NCBI GenBank assembly: GCA_963753595.1
Contig: CAVWCX010000018.1
Coordinates: 32,001-96,000 of the forward strand
DNA from: Candidatus Methanoperedenaceae archaeon
Lineage (GTDB): Archaea > Halobacteriota > Methanosarcinia > Methanosarcinales > Methanoperedenaceae
DNA length: 64,000 nt
Direction: 5' to 3'
Below, one piece after another: positions 51,285 through 60,970 of this stretch (within the stretch, counting starts at the first letter, position 1; every line of letters starts with the position of its first letter). Both the position numbers and the translations under genes were made by a program. The notes below the pieces were generated by a model that saw nothing but the letters and a program-made list of their open reading frames with translations, was not told the origin of the DNA and did no database searches.

Positions 51285-51422
51285 ATGAGCAGGGAAATTG
51301 AAGCTTTTGCAGAGCATAAAGCACACTGGGTTACTATTTCCAGTGATGAATACGAATCTATGAAATCAACTCTGGAAGTTCTTTCAGATTCCGAACTCAT
51401 AAGAATTATCCAGACACTCTAA
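51285..51422 (+). pseudogene. truncated Phd/YefM-like antitoxin
   Basis: MSREIEAFAEHKAHWVTISSDEYESMKSTLEVLSDSELIRIIQTL*; no toxin follows. Confidence 0.5.
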
Positions 51423-51481
51423 AAAAATATAAGTATGACTGAATACTTATAAGTCTATTAAAAAGTAATGTTGAGGAGAAT

Positions 51482-54328
51482 TTGAGCAAAGATCTTAATG
51501 AATTTTTAACCCGAAAACAAAGGATCGATGTCATGCTCAAGGAGCAGGGGTGGGTCATAGGAGAAAGGGAGAAAATAATTGTAGAGGTCGATACAAAACA
51601 ATCGGACTTTCGCGCACAGAACTATAAAACAGTCTCACAGACCTTGAAAAACGACATGGAGAGTAAATATGTAGATTATCTGCTTCTTGACAGGTTCGGT
51701 GCGCCCATAGCTATCATTGAAGCAAAACGGACATCTCGTGACCCTATTCTTGCAGCGCAAAAACAGGCACAGGAGTATGCGAATGATATTAAAGCGCAGA
51801 CGGGAAGGGATGTTTTTATATTCTTATCAAATGGATACGAGATATGGTTCTGGGACCGGGAACATTATGGCCCAAGACAGGTAAAAGGATTTTTTTCACA
51901 TAGCGATCTTGAGAGGTTGAAATTCCAGGGTCTGGCAAGAAAAAAATTGACTGATTTTGCTATAGATAGAAGAATTGTTGACCGCTCAAAAAGTACTGAA
52001 TCCGCAAAAAGAGTTCTGGAGCATATCCATAAAGGAAATCGCAAAGCTCTCATCGTGATGGCAACCGGGACAGGAAAAACAAGAGTTGCTATGGCGATAA
52101 TCGATGTACTTTTAAAAGCGAACTGGGCGCAGAAGATACTTTTCCTTGCTGACAGAAGGGCGCTTCGAAAACAGGCGTGCGATGATGGATTTAAGCGATT
52201 TTTCCCTGAAGAGTCAAAATCTATGATTCATTCCGGTGTTTTTAACAGGAATTCAAGGCTTTACGTATCAACGATCCAGACATTCATGGAGATTTACAAT
52301 CAAAAGGATAGTTCAGGGAAATATATGATATCGCCCGGGGAATTTGATGTTATTATCTCTGATGAAGCTCACCGTTCCATATACAACAAATGGAAAGATG
52401 TATTCACGTATCTTGACGGGATACAAATCGGTCTTACAGCAACTCCTGCTGATTTTATCGAAAGGGATACCTTCAGGTTCTTTGGCTGTGAAAATAAAGT
52501 TGCGACAGCGCTTTATGATTATGAGGAAGCTGTAAGGGATGGCGTGCTTTGTGATTTCAGAAAGAACATATCGGGCGCCAGGACTCATTTCCAGATAGAA
52601 GGTATAAAAACACCTGATCTGCCCGTTGGCGAGATAAACAGGTTATCCGGAGAGGGTATTGATCCTTATGAGATCAATTTTGAAGGAACTGATCTTGAGA
52701 AAAAGGTGGCTGTAAAAGGAACAAGTGAAGCTATAGCCAGGGAATTCATGGATAATTGCCTTGTTGAGCAATCGGGAAATCTTCCTGCAAAAACAATTAT
52801 ATTTGCTATCTCAAAAATGCATGCGAAGAGATTGTGGGAAGCTTTTGAGAGATTATATCCTGAATATAAGGGACGTCTTGTGCGTGTGATTGTCTCAGAA
52901 GACCCACGGGCTCAGGCTTCGATCAAAGAGTTCAAGGAAGAATCTCTGCCAAGGATAGCGATATCAGTAGATATGCTGGACACCGGCATTGATGTCCCGG
53001 AGGTCTGCAATCTTGTTTTTGCCAAGCCTGTTTTTTCAAGGATCAAGTTCTGGCAGATGCTTGGAAGAGGGACGCGTTCTGATGATGCCTGCAGGCATAA
53101 GGAGTGGCTGCCGGATGGGAAAAAAGTTTACTTCAAGGTATTTGATTTCTGGGATAATTTCGAGTACTGGGATATGCATCCTGAGGGCGACCAGAAAGAA
53201 TCCGGGGAAGCGATTACGAACAGGATATTCCTTATCAGGCTCAGGCAGCTTGGGCATTGCCTGAATGTTGGCGATGTGGAGAAAGCGGAAGGTATTAAAA
53301 AGAAACTCCTTGAAGATATTGCATCGCTGCCAAAGGATTCGGTGAGCGTTCGGGAGAGCCTGATGGATGTAGAGAAAGCACTTTCCCCGAAACTCTGGGA
53401 TAATGTGGGACTTGACCCGGTTGAATTCCTGAAGAAGAAAATCACTCCGCTTATGAGATTCAAGCAGGATGTGAACCTGAATGAGGCTTCTTTTATCCTT
53501 AAATGCGAAAAACTGGGTGTGGCAATCCTGCATGGGAACAGGGAAGAGGTGGAACGGTTAAAACCAAAGATAGGGGAGATGGTGGACTGCCTGCCTGAAG
53601 AGCTGAATATTATCAAACCAAAGCTCGCATTTAAAGAAAAAGTGCTTTCAAACAGGTTCTGGGAGAATGTTTCTTTTGAGGATTCTCAGATGCTGATATC
53701 GGAACTTGCAAAACTGATGAAATACATGGCGTCAGAGCCTCGAAAGACTATTGTTCTTGACATGGATGATATGATACAGCAAAGGAAACTTATCGAGTTC
53801 GGACCCGATGCGAAGCAGGAGTATGTGAAGGTCTATAAGGAGAAAGTCGAGGACAGGATAAAGAGGCTGGCTGATGAGCATCCTGCAATATTAAAGATCA
53901 AGAATAATGAGATGTTGACCGAATCTGACCTTCGCGACCTTGAATTGACGCTCAACAATCCTGAATTGTATATTACTGAGGATGTTTTGCAGAAAGTTTA
54001 TACTCAAAATAAGGGCACGCTTGTTCAGTTCGTCAAGAATATCCTGGGATTATACAAATTCCCTGACCCGGCTGTGAGGATCAAGGATGCCTTCGATACC
54101 TATATAATCGAGAATAGCAGGCGCTACAACGCTGACCAGCTTAATTTTATCAGGACTGTGCAGACGGTCTTTTCGAAGAAGAAACACATAGAATATTCAG
54201 AGCTATACGATGCGCCGTTCACGAATTTTGGTATTAATGCGCCCATGCCCATGTTCACTGAGAGTGAATTGAATGATTTTATTAGCATCTGCGGTGTATT
54301 AGAGAAGGAAATATATGCGGAGGCTTGA
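51482..54328 (+). CDS. hsdR: type I restriction enzyme R subunit (EcoEI-like)
   Basis: DY...IEAK nuclease motif, MATGTGKT, DEAHRS, TAT, QMLGRGTR. Confidence 0.92.
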   Translation: MSKDLNEFLTRKQRIDVMLKEQGWVIGEREKIIVEVDTKQSDFRAQNYKTVSQTLKNDMESKYVDYLLLDRFGAPIAIIEAKRTSRDPILAAQKQAQEYANDIKAQTGRDVFIFLSNGYEIWFWDREHYGPRQVKGFFSHSDLERLKFQGLARKKLTDFAIDRRIVDRSKSTESAKRVLEHIHKGNRKALIVMATGTGKTRVAMAIIDVLLKANWAQKILFLADRRALRKQACDDGFKRFFPEESKSMIHSGVFNRNSRLYVSTIQTFMEIYNQKDSSGKYMISPGEFDVIISDEAHRSIYNKWKDVFTYLDGIQIGLTATPADFIERDTFRFFGCENKVATALYDYEEAVRDGVLCDFRKNISGARTHFQIEGIKTPDLPVGEINRLSGEGIDPYEINFEGTDLEKKVAVKGTSEAIAREFMDNCLVEQSGNLPAKTIIFAISKMHAKRLWEAFERLYPEYKGRLVRVIVSEDPRAQASIKEFKEESLPRIAISVDMLDTGIDVPEVCNLVFAKPVFSRIKFWQMLGRGTRSDDACRHKEWLPDGKKVYFKVFDFWDNFEYWDMHPEGDQKESGEAITNRIFLIRLRQLGHCLNVGDVEKAEGIKKKLLEDIASLPKDSVSVRESLMDVEKALSPKLWDNVGLDPVEFLKKKITPLMRFKQDVNLNEASFILKCEKLGVAILHGNREEVERLKPKIGEMVDCLPEELNIIKPKLAFKEKVLSNRFWENVSFEDSQMLISELAKLMKYMASEPRKTIVLDMDDMIQQRKLIEFGPDAKQEYVKVYKEKVEDRIKRLADEHPAILKIKNNEMLTESDLRDLELTLNNPELYITEDVLQKVYTQNKGTLVQFVKNILGLYKFPDPAVRIKDAFDTYIIENSRRYNADQLNFIRTVQTVFSKKKHIEYSELYDAPFTNFGINAPMPMFTESELNDFISICGVLEKEIYAEA

Positions 54329-54331
54329 AGG

Positions 54332-54640
54332 ATGAAAAAAAAGTTGCCCGGTGAGGTTTCACTTTTTGTAAGGGTATTGAAGCAGCACTTGCCGGTTCTG
54401 GCAGAACGGTATAAGGTCAAGTATCTGGGAGTTTTCGGGTCTTATATCAGAGATGAACAAAAGCGCACAAGTGATCTTGACTTACTCGTGGAGTTTTATG
54501 AGACTCCAAGCCTTTTCCAGTATATCCGCTTTGAGAGCTACCTTAGTAAATTGCTGGGCGTGAAAGTGGACCTGGTTATGAAAGATGCTTTAAAACCTGC
54601 CATTGGAAAACATATTCTCAAGGAAGTTGTGGAGGTTTGA
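54332..54640 (+). CDS. MNT nucleotidyltransferase antitoxin
   Basis: FGSY....SDLDLLV..KVDLV. Confidence 0.9.
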   Translation: MKKKLPGEVSLFVRVLKQHLPVLAERYKVKYLGVFGSYIRDEQKRTSDLDLLVEFYETPSLFQYIRFESYLSKLLGVKVDLVMKDALKPAIGKHILKEVVEV

Positions 54641-55014
54641 CCGTGAAGCGGGAGTTCATAGATTATCTCAATGATATTTTCAGCGCAATCGAGAAGGTTG
54701 AACTGTTCACGCAAGGCATGGATCTTGAGGAGTTTGTTGAAGATGAGAAAACCGTGTTCGCAGTTGTACGAGCCCTTGAGATAATAGGAGAAGCAGCAAA
54801 AAAAATCCCTGTTGAAGTGAGGGACCGTTACACGGATGTCCCCTGGCAGGAAATGGCTGGAATACGGGATAAGCTAATTCATGAGTATTTCGGTGTAAAA
54901 CTGGAAGTTGTCTGGAATACAGTTGAAAAAGACCTGCCAGAGCTGAAAATCTTTATTGCAGAGATGATTGAAGATACAAAACGGGAAAGAACAAAGAAAG
55001 TTGTTGAGCCTTAA
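54637..55014 (+). CDS. HEPN (DUF86/HepT) toxin
   Basis: [15 protein letters not shown] (Rx4HxY). Confidence 0.9.
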   Translation: MTVKREFIDYLNDIFSAIEKVELFTQGMDLEEFVEDEKTVFAVVRALEIIGEAAKKIPVEVRDRYTDVPWQEMAGIRDKLIHEYFGVKLEVVWNTVEKDLPELKIFIAEMIEDTKRERTKKVVEP

Positions 55015-55031
55015 TAGGATTTTGAAAAATG

Positions 55032-55165
55032 AAACCGCAGATAAAAGCAAATGAACACAGATTTAAAAATTTAATATCATCATTCATCTGCGCCCTAAAA
55101 CCAGTCTTTGCGCCCTCTGCGATGAGATTAAAATATGCACCGCAAAGAGCGCGAAGAACGCAGGG
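55032..55165. repeat. composite periodic palindromic elements before hsdS
   Basis: CGCAGAT..CACAGAT...ATCTGCG; CTTTGCG-CC-CTCTGCG; CGCAAAG-AG-CGCGAAG-AA-CGCAG. Confidence 0.65.
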
Positions 55166-55178
55166 TCAGGAGCAATAA

Positions 55179-56408
55179 ATGGAGGCTCATGAGCGGCGCG
55201 CGCTTCCAGAAGGGTGGAAAATTGTTAAGTTAGGAGAGTTTAGCAATGTTTTCAATGGTAAAACTCCAAGTAAGAATGAACAGAGGGAAAAAGGGCATCC
55301 AATATTGAAAATAAAAGATATTAAAGAAAATGGTTGCTTTATCGGCATTTTTGATTCTTTTGTCGATGATAATTTCTTTGAGGATAACAAGTTTAAATGC
55401 ATTAAAGAGGGGGACACATTAATTTTAAACGCGGCACATAATAGCGAATATGTTGGCTCAAAAAGTTGCTATATCTCTAGCTTCCAGAACAATGTTATTC
55501 CTACCGGAGAATGGCTTATTATTAGAAGTAACTCCGAATTATTTGATAACAGATTTAAACATTTTTTATTGATATCGAATCTAATAAAAATAAATATAAA
55601 GGGCATTGTAAAAGGTATTCATTTATATCCAAAGGATGTGAAGAATTTAGAAATCCCCCTCCCCCCTCTCCCAACCCAGCGCCGCATCGTGTCAATCCTC
55701 GAAAAAGCCGATGAGACAAAGAAGCTCAGGGCGCAGGCGGATGAGCTTACGGACAGGCTGCTGCAAAGCGTGTTTCTGGAAATGTTCGGGGACTCGGCGA
55801 GGAATACGAAGGGGTGGGAGGGAGAAAAATTAGGGGAAGTTCTCTCCGAAAATCCACAAAATGGACTATATAAACCATCAACAGACTACGGGGGAGGAAC
55901 ACCAATCCTGAGAATAGATTCTTTTTATAATGGCAGGATAACCAATATTGAGAAGCTTAAGCGTCTTAAATGTACTCAAGAAGAAATTGATAAATTCAAG
56001 CTTCAGGTTAGCGATATATTGGTAAATAGAGTTAATAGTCTTGAATATCTTGGAAAATGTGGTCTTGTTCAGAATCTTTTTGAAGATACAGTTTATGAAT
56101 CCAATATGATGCGCATAAGACCAAGAAAAGATATACTCAATTCCACTTACCTGACGGCGTTTTTATGTACAAAATACATTAAAAAACAAATTCTTAGCAG
56201 AGCTAAAAAAGCAGTTAATCAAGCGAGTATCAATCAGGGGGATGTAACATCTCTTCCGATATTGCTCCCTCCCCTCCCCCTCCAGCAAAAATTCGCCCGC
56301 ATCGTAGAGATAATCGAATCCATGCGCCAATCGCAGAACCAATCAAAGCAGCAGATAGAGAACTTGTTCAGCACCCTGATGCAGAAGGCGTTCAGGGGGG
56401 AAATATAA
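55179..56408 (+). CDS. hsdS: type I R-M specificity subunit
   Basis: LPEGW..KLGE, two TRDs, IPLPPLPTQ..I and LPPLPLQQKF repeats, KAFRGE. Confidence 0.92.
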   Translation: MEAHERRALPEGWKIVKLGEFSNVFNGKTPSKNEQREKGHPILKIKDIKENGCFIGIFDSFVDDNFFEDNKFKCIKEGDTLILNAAHNSEYVGSKSCYISSFQNNVIPTGEWLIIRSNSELFDNRFKHFLLISNLIKINIKGIVKGIHLYPKDVKNLEIPLPPLPTQRRIVSILEKADETKKLRAQADELTDRLLQSVFLEMFGDSARNTKGWEGEKLGEVLSENPQNGLYKPSTDYGGGTPILRIDSFYNGRITNIEKLKRLKCTQEEIDKFKLQVSDILVNRVNSLEYLGKCGLVQNLFEDTVYESNMMRIRPRKDILNSTYLTAFLCTKYIKKQILSRAKKAVNQASINQGDVTSLPILLPPLPLQQKFARIVEIIESMRQSQNQSKQQIENLFSTLMQKAFRGEI

Positions 56409-56480
56409 GACATTGGGAGGTTATTATTTTAGATGCTCCAAATACTTAATAAACAAGTAATCATATTTTATATTTAAAAC

Positions 56481-56816
56481 ATGTCAGAAGCCATACGTTT
56501 TACACCACCGCCAAATATCGCGAAGGAATTAGATGTAATCCATGAACTTGGATTGTACAAAGACAAGAAAGACTTCATACTTGACGCGATAAATACAATG
56601 CTCTCTGCTAACAGGAATTTGCGAATTGCAATAGCCTGCAAACTATATGAAAAAGAAGAGATCTCACTCGGAAAAGCCGCAGAGATCGTTGGTACAAGTA
56701 TTGAAGAGATGAAAAAAATCCTATCTGATCACGGGATAAAACGTAAGGTTGGTGCATCTATTCCAAAGACCAAAAGTCGTGCGAAGGCTGTGCTCAAAAT
56801 ACTTCGGGGCAATTAA
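56481..56816 (+). CDS. UPF0175-family antitoxin
   Basis: LYE..EISLGKAAEIVG. Confidence 0.8.
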   Translation: MSEAIRFTPPPNIAKELDVIHELGLYKDKKDFILDAINTMLSANRNLRIAIACKLYEKEEISLGKAAEIVGTSIEEMKKILSDHGIKRKVGASIPKTKSRAKAVLKILRGN

Positions 56817-57286
56817 TGCAAACCGTCGTTGATACCGACTTTTTAAGTGCATTTTTCAAGATCAATCGAGTGGGACTTATTTACGAAGCATTGGAAACGG
56901 ATAAATTATGCGTTACGCAAGCTGTTTTTGAAGAACTCACAAAAGCTCCGTTTTTCGATCGTTTAGTGGAACTTATGGAAAAAATTGAGCTCATTAGAAT
57001 AGATAAGCTGCATAAAAATGTTCAATCAGCAAAATTGGGAAAAGGAGAACTCGAATCGATTTCATATGCTTTAGAAACGAATTCAGTTCTTCTTACAAAC
57101 GATAAAAAAGCGGGTGAGTTCGCGCAAGATTTGGGAATAAAAGTTCTGGACGTTGTTTCGTTTTTACTTCTTTGCAAGGAAATAGAATTAATTAGCGTGG
57201 ACGATATTAAAAACATAATGTTTTCATTAAATAAATATGATTATATGGAATTCAGCCAGGAACAAAGAAGATTATTGCTAAAATGA
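56816..57286 (+). CDS. PIN-domain toxin (DUF3368-like)
   Basis: VVDTDFL, LGKGELESI, LLTND. Confidence 0.82.
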   Translation: MQTVVDTDFLSAFFKINRVGLIYEALETDKLCVTQAVFEELTKAPFFDRLVELMEKIELIRIDKLHKNVQSAKLGKGELESISYALETNSVLLTNDKKAGEFAQDLGIKVLDVVSFLLLCKEIELISVDDIKNIMFSLNKYDYMEFSQEQRRLLLK

Positions 57287-57316
57287 GGATTTAAAGAAGT
57301 TTACTAATCTCTATAC

Positions 57317-58240
57317 TTAGCGCTTTTCGGGATTTAATGGAATAATTTCTTCGCATCTTGTTATCCTGTCAAGAACTTTATTTGCATAAGAGTCCACTGA
57401 ATTGACAAGTTTATTAAGCCTGCTTTTTGTCTGAGTTCTCACTTTTTCAGGTAATTCTTCTTCATTCAATCCATCGCCATGAACCATGTCCCGGACGATC
57501 CTGTATAAATCATAGAGCTCCTCAAAATTATCATTAAAATACTCCCTGAAGTCCATGGAAATCTCAGGCACATCGCTATAATACAATCGCTTGATCGAAT
57601 ATGCCTGTCTCAGGCGCAGGATGGCAGAATGAATAACACGGGCTTTAATAAAATCATCAGGTTCATTCTTCAGCATTATTTTGAGGTATTCAAGCTGCCT
57701 TATGCAGCCCTTGAGTTCAACCTGAAGGGCGATATCATTCATCTTCTTTCTTAACAGTTTTTCCCTCAATTCGGTGCCCATCAATGGCACGCTTTCCTTG
57801 AGAACTGTCAGCAGATACGATGGGGTCAGATCAAGCTGCTTTTTTAACTGACTCAAAGTAAAAACTTCCACCTGGATATTATGTTCCTTCAGCTCGGTCT
57901 TTAATTTATCATCTATTTTTTTACGGGTAATGAGCACAAGGTCGTAATCGGAGTCCTCCCTGTGGTCTCCTCTTGCCCTGCTTCCGTGAAAATATAGTCC
58001 CCTGACTGTATCCATGTAAGGTTTCAAAGCGGTTTCTACATGCTTTAAAATTGGAAATTTCCTGACAAATTCAGTAAATGCTGAGTGCATCGGTCTTTCT
58101 ATCTCAAACCGTTTGCATCGGGTGCAGTACAGTCCTACCTTTTCTATACCCGGCGCCGATCTTCCATGCCTGATATAAGCTGAGACCATCATAGAGCCGC
58201 AGCAGCGGGGGCGCCTGAATATGTAGTTGCCTTTTCTCAT
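57317..58240 (-). CDS. Zn-finger plus nucleotidyltransferase plus helical domain protein
   Basis: CC...CTRC; HGSRARGD..EDSDYDL. Confidence 0.75.
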   Translation of the reverse strand: MRKGNYIFRRPRCCGSMMVSAYIRHGRSAPGIEKVGLYCTRCKRFEIERPMHSAFTEFVRKFPILKHVETALKPYMDTVRGLYFHGSRARGDHREDSDYDLVLITRKKIDDKLKTELKEHNIQVEVFTLSQLKKQLDLTPSYLLTVLKESVPLMGTELREKLLRKKMNDIALQVELKGCIRQLEYLKIMLKNEPDDFIKARVIHSAILRLRQAYSIKRLYYSDVPEISMDFREYFNDNFEELYDLYRIVRDMVHGDGLNEEELPEKVRTQTKSRLNKLVNSVDSYANKVLDRITRCEEIIPLNPEKR

Positions 58241-58323
58241 TGAGGATTATTACGGGTCAATAGTATAAAAGTGTATACACCATATAACAAAATAAGCATC
58301 GCTGCGAATGAGTTAGTTTTAAT

Positions 58324-58737
58324 TTATGGCAGGAAATGCGGATCATCTTTGATAGCCGCCAAACATTCATCCACAGACAAGCCAGTATAAATTTCAAGCC
58401 ATTGCTCTGTGTGTCTCATGTACGAGAGATTAAAAAGACCATTACCAGCATATTCAAGATGTGCAAACTTTGTTTCAAAAAATGGCGATATTGCACGAGG
58501 GCCGGGGGAGTTGTACCTGGCGCAGAAGTGAAAGTAGTTGCGATACCACTTTGCATAAATCTCTGCTATGTAGTTGTAAGGTTTATCTTCACGCAGAGGC
58601 TTGATATATTCTGGCTTTAGGAACGATTCAATAAGTTCTGACGCTTTTGTTTCTACCTCTATCTTTACATTTTCTGGCACTTGTGGCTTGGGAGGTTTTT
58701 CAGGAGGAAAGAACCATCCTTTTTGTCTTTTTTTCAT
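58324..58737 (-). CDS. hypothetical protein (DUF3024-like)
   Basis: KFAHLEY...F.LSYMRHT.QW...LS..ECL..I..DP.F. Confidence 0.6.
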   Translation of the reverse strand: MKKRQKGWFFPPEKPPKPQVPENVKIEVETKASELIESFLKPEYIKPLREDKPYNYIAEIYAKWYRNYFHFCARYNSPGPRAISPFFETKFAHLEYAGNGLFNLSYMRHTEQWLEIYTGLSVDECLAAIKDDPHFLP

Positions 58738-58817
58738 GTTATCTTGATCAATTTCAAATCTATGTTATCCTATTTTTCAATCTGAATATCTGTAACTATG
58801 GCATATAAATATTTTCA

Positions 58818-58874
58818 GACAGGATGGACAGGATAAAACATTATATCGTATCCCGTTAATCCTGTTATCCTGTC
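58818..58874. repeat. periodic palindromic element before hsdM
   Basis: GACAGGAT-G-GACAGGAT...ATCCCGTT-A-ATCCTGTT-ATCCTGTC. Confidence 0.7.
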
Positions 58875-58903
58875 AAAAAAACCATCGAAGGAGAACTAAC
58901 ACC

Positions 58904-60406
58904 ATGCGACTCGCCCCCGAACTCAAATCCAAAATAGACGCACTCTGGGATAAATTCTGGAGCGGCGGCTTATCCAACCCCCTCTCATCCATCGAGCAGA
59001 TGTCATACCTGATTTTCATGAAGCGCCTTGAGGACATGGACGTGGCTGAGCAAAAGAAAGCGCATGCGAAAAAGCAGCCCTACAAATCCGTTTTTGAGGG
59101 ACAGGAGGATTGCAGGTGGTCAAGCTGGAAGCATTATCCTGCTGAAAAGATGCTCACTCATGTAAGGGACATTGTGTTCCCTTTTATCAAAAACATACAC
59201 GACGGGGAAAAAACGCTCTTCTCACAGCACATGAAGGATGCGGTTTTCATCATCCCCAAACCCTCGCTCCTGCAGGAAGCTGTCGCAATCCTTGATGAAT
59301 TGAATATCACAGCGCAGAACAGGGACACGCAAGGGGATATCTATGAATACCTGCTTTCTGAGCTTAAATCCGCAGGCAAGAACGGCCAGTTCAGGACGCC
59401 AAGGCATATAATCGGGATGATCGTGGAGCTTGTTGATCCTGATATCGGGGACAGGATTTGCGACCCGGCATGCGGAACAGCAGGTTTCCTGATCAACGCC
59501 TATGAATACATAATCAGGAAACACACCAGCCCTGAAATGGTAACGGAAGACGATGAAGGGAAATATTACGGGCTGTATGGCGACAAAATATCAGATAAGA
59601 ACGCCTGGACATTGTTATGGAGTTCTTTCTACGGCTATGACTTTGAGCCCACGATGGTAAGAATATCCCTTATGAACATGGTGCTTCACGGGATTGCGAC
59701 ACCCAAAATTGAGCTGGTTGATACTTTATCCAAGCAATTCACGGAAGAGAACAAATATACAGTGGTGCTTGCAAATCCACCATTTAAAGGAAGTATTGAT
59801 AAAGGCGATATCAACGACCATCTGACAGTGGGCACGACCAAGACCGAACTCCTTTTTGTTGAAAGAATGATGAACCTGCTCCAGATAGGAGGAAAATGCG
59901 GCGTAATAGTGCCTGATGGTGTGCTGTTCGGGACTTCAAACGCGCATAAAAAGCTGCGGCAGCTCCTGCTTGAAAAATGCCAGCTTGAAGCGGTCATTTC
60001 CATGCCTTCCGGGGTTTTCAAGCCATATGCAGGCGTTTCCACTGCGGTTCTTATTTTCATAAAAGGGGATAAAACCGATAAGGTCTGGTTCTATGATATG
60101 GAAGCGGATGGCTATTCACTTGATGATAAACGGAATTTTATAGATGGAAAGGGAGACATAACCGATATCATTCGTAATTTCAGGAAACGGTATGAAGCTA
60201 ACCCATTAGACAGGAAAGGCAAGTGCTTCTTTGTTCCTGTTGGGGAAATTATAGAAAATGGATATGACCTTTCGATATCAAAGTACAAGGAGATTGAATA
60301 TGAAGAAGTTGCCTATGAAAAACCCGAGGTAATCATAGGGAAAATAGAAGGATTAGAGGATCAGATAAAAGCGAACATTGCTGAGTTGAAAGGTATGTTG
60401 GAATAG
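58904..60406 (+). CDS. hsdM: type I R-M methyltransferase
   Basis: GQFRTP, DPACGTAGFL, NPPF. Confidence 0.93.
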   Translation: MRLAPELKSKIDALWDKFWSGGLSNPLSSIEQMSYLIFMKRLEDMDVAEQKKAHAKKQPYKSVFEGQEDCRWSSWKHYPAEKMLTHVRDIVFPFIKNIHDGEKTLFSQHMKDAVFIIPKPSLLQEAVAILDELNITAQNRDTQGDIYEYLLSELKSAGKNGQFRTPRHIIGMIVELVDPDIGDRICDPACGTAGFLINAYEYIIRKHTSPEMVTEDDEGKYYGLYGDKISDKNAWTLLWSSFYGYDFEPTMVRISLMNMVLHGIATPKIELVDTLSKQFTEENKYTVVLANPPFKGSIDKGDINDHLTVGTTKTELLFVERMMNLLQIGGKCGVIVPDGVLFGTSNAHKKLRQLLLEKCQLEAVISMPSGVFKPYAGVSTAVLIFIKGDKTDKVWFYDMEADGYSLDDKRNFIDGKGDITDIIRNFRKRYEANPLDRKGKCFFVPVGEIIENGYDLSISKYKEIEYEEVAYEKPEVIIGKIEGLEDQIKANIAELKGMLE

Positions 60407-60439
60407 CCTTGAATGGAAAAATGGAGAACGTACGAAAAA

Positions 60440-60970
60440 TTAATGCCCCGCCTCTGCGTGCAGCGCCGCGTACCTCTCCGTGATCAGCGCCCGCTTCAGC
60501 TTGAAAATAACCCTCTGCTTATCGAAATTGAACTGCTCACCCAGCATCTTCACGAGCCTCTTCTTTGATCCGCCCTTCAAGCCCATCTCTGTCATAATGC
60601 CATCTACGAATTCCTTGTTCGGGTCAGCTTCCTTCTTTACTTCTGCTTTTGATGCTTCTGTTTTTATTTCAGAGACAGGTTCGGCCTTTACAGCTTCAGC
60701 TTTAGGCGCCGCAGGTTTTGGTGCGGATGCAGTGGCTTTTACAGGTTCTGCCTTACCAGTTTCAATCTTTGGGATTGTTTTGACAGCCTTTTCCTCAGGT
60801 TTTTGCACATTCTGGACTGCTGATGGCGCCTTGACTGCTGCTGCTTTTTGAGCATCGGTCTGTGAAAGCGCAAGCAAGGTTGCCTTTGCCGCATCTTTTG
60901 CTGCCTTATCATCGATCTTTGGCTTCTGTGCTTTAACATCTTTCTTTACTGCTTCTGCCATTTCCATCAC
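60440..60970 (-). CDS. Ala/Lys/Pro-rich protein with C-terminal helical domain
   Basis: Low-complexity linker; overlaps the stop of the upstream oxidoreductase. Confidence 0.7.
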   Translation of the reverse strand: MMEMAEAVKKDVKAQKPKIDDKAAKDAAKATLLALSQTDAQKAAAVKAPSAVQNVQKPEEKAVKTIPKIETGKAEPVKATASAPKPAAPKAEAVKAEPVSEIKTEASKAEVKKEADPNKEFVDGIMTEMGLKGGSKKRLVKMLGEQFNFDKQRVIFKLKRALITERYAALHAEAGH

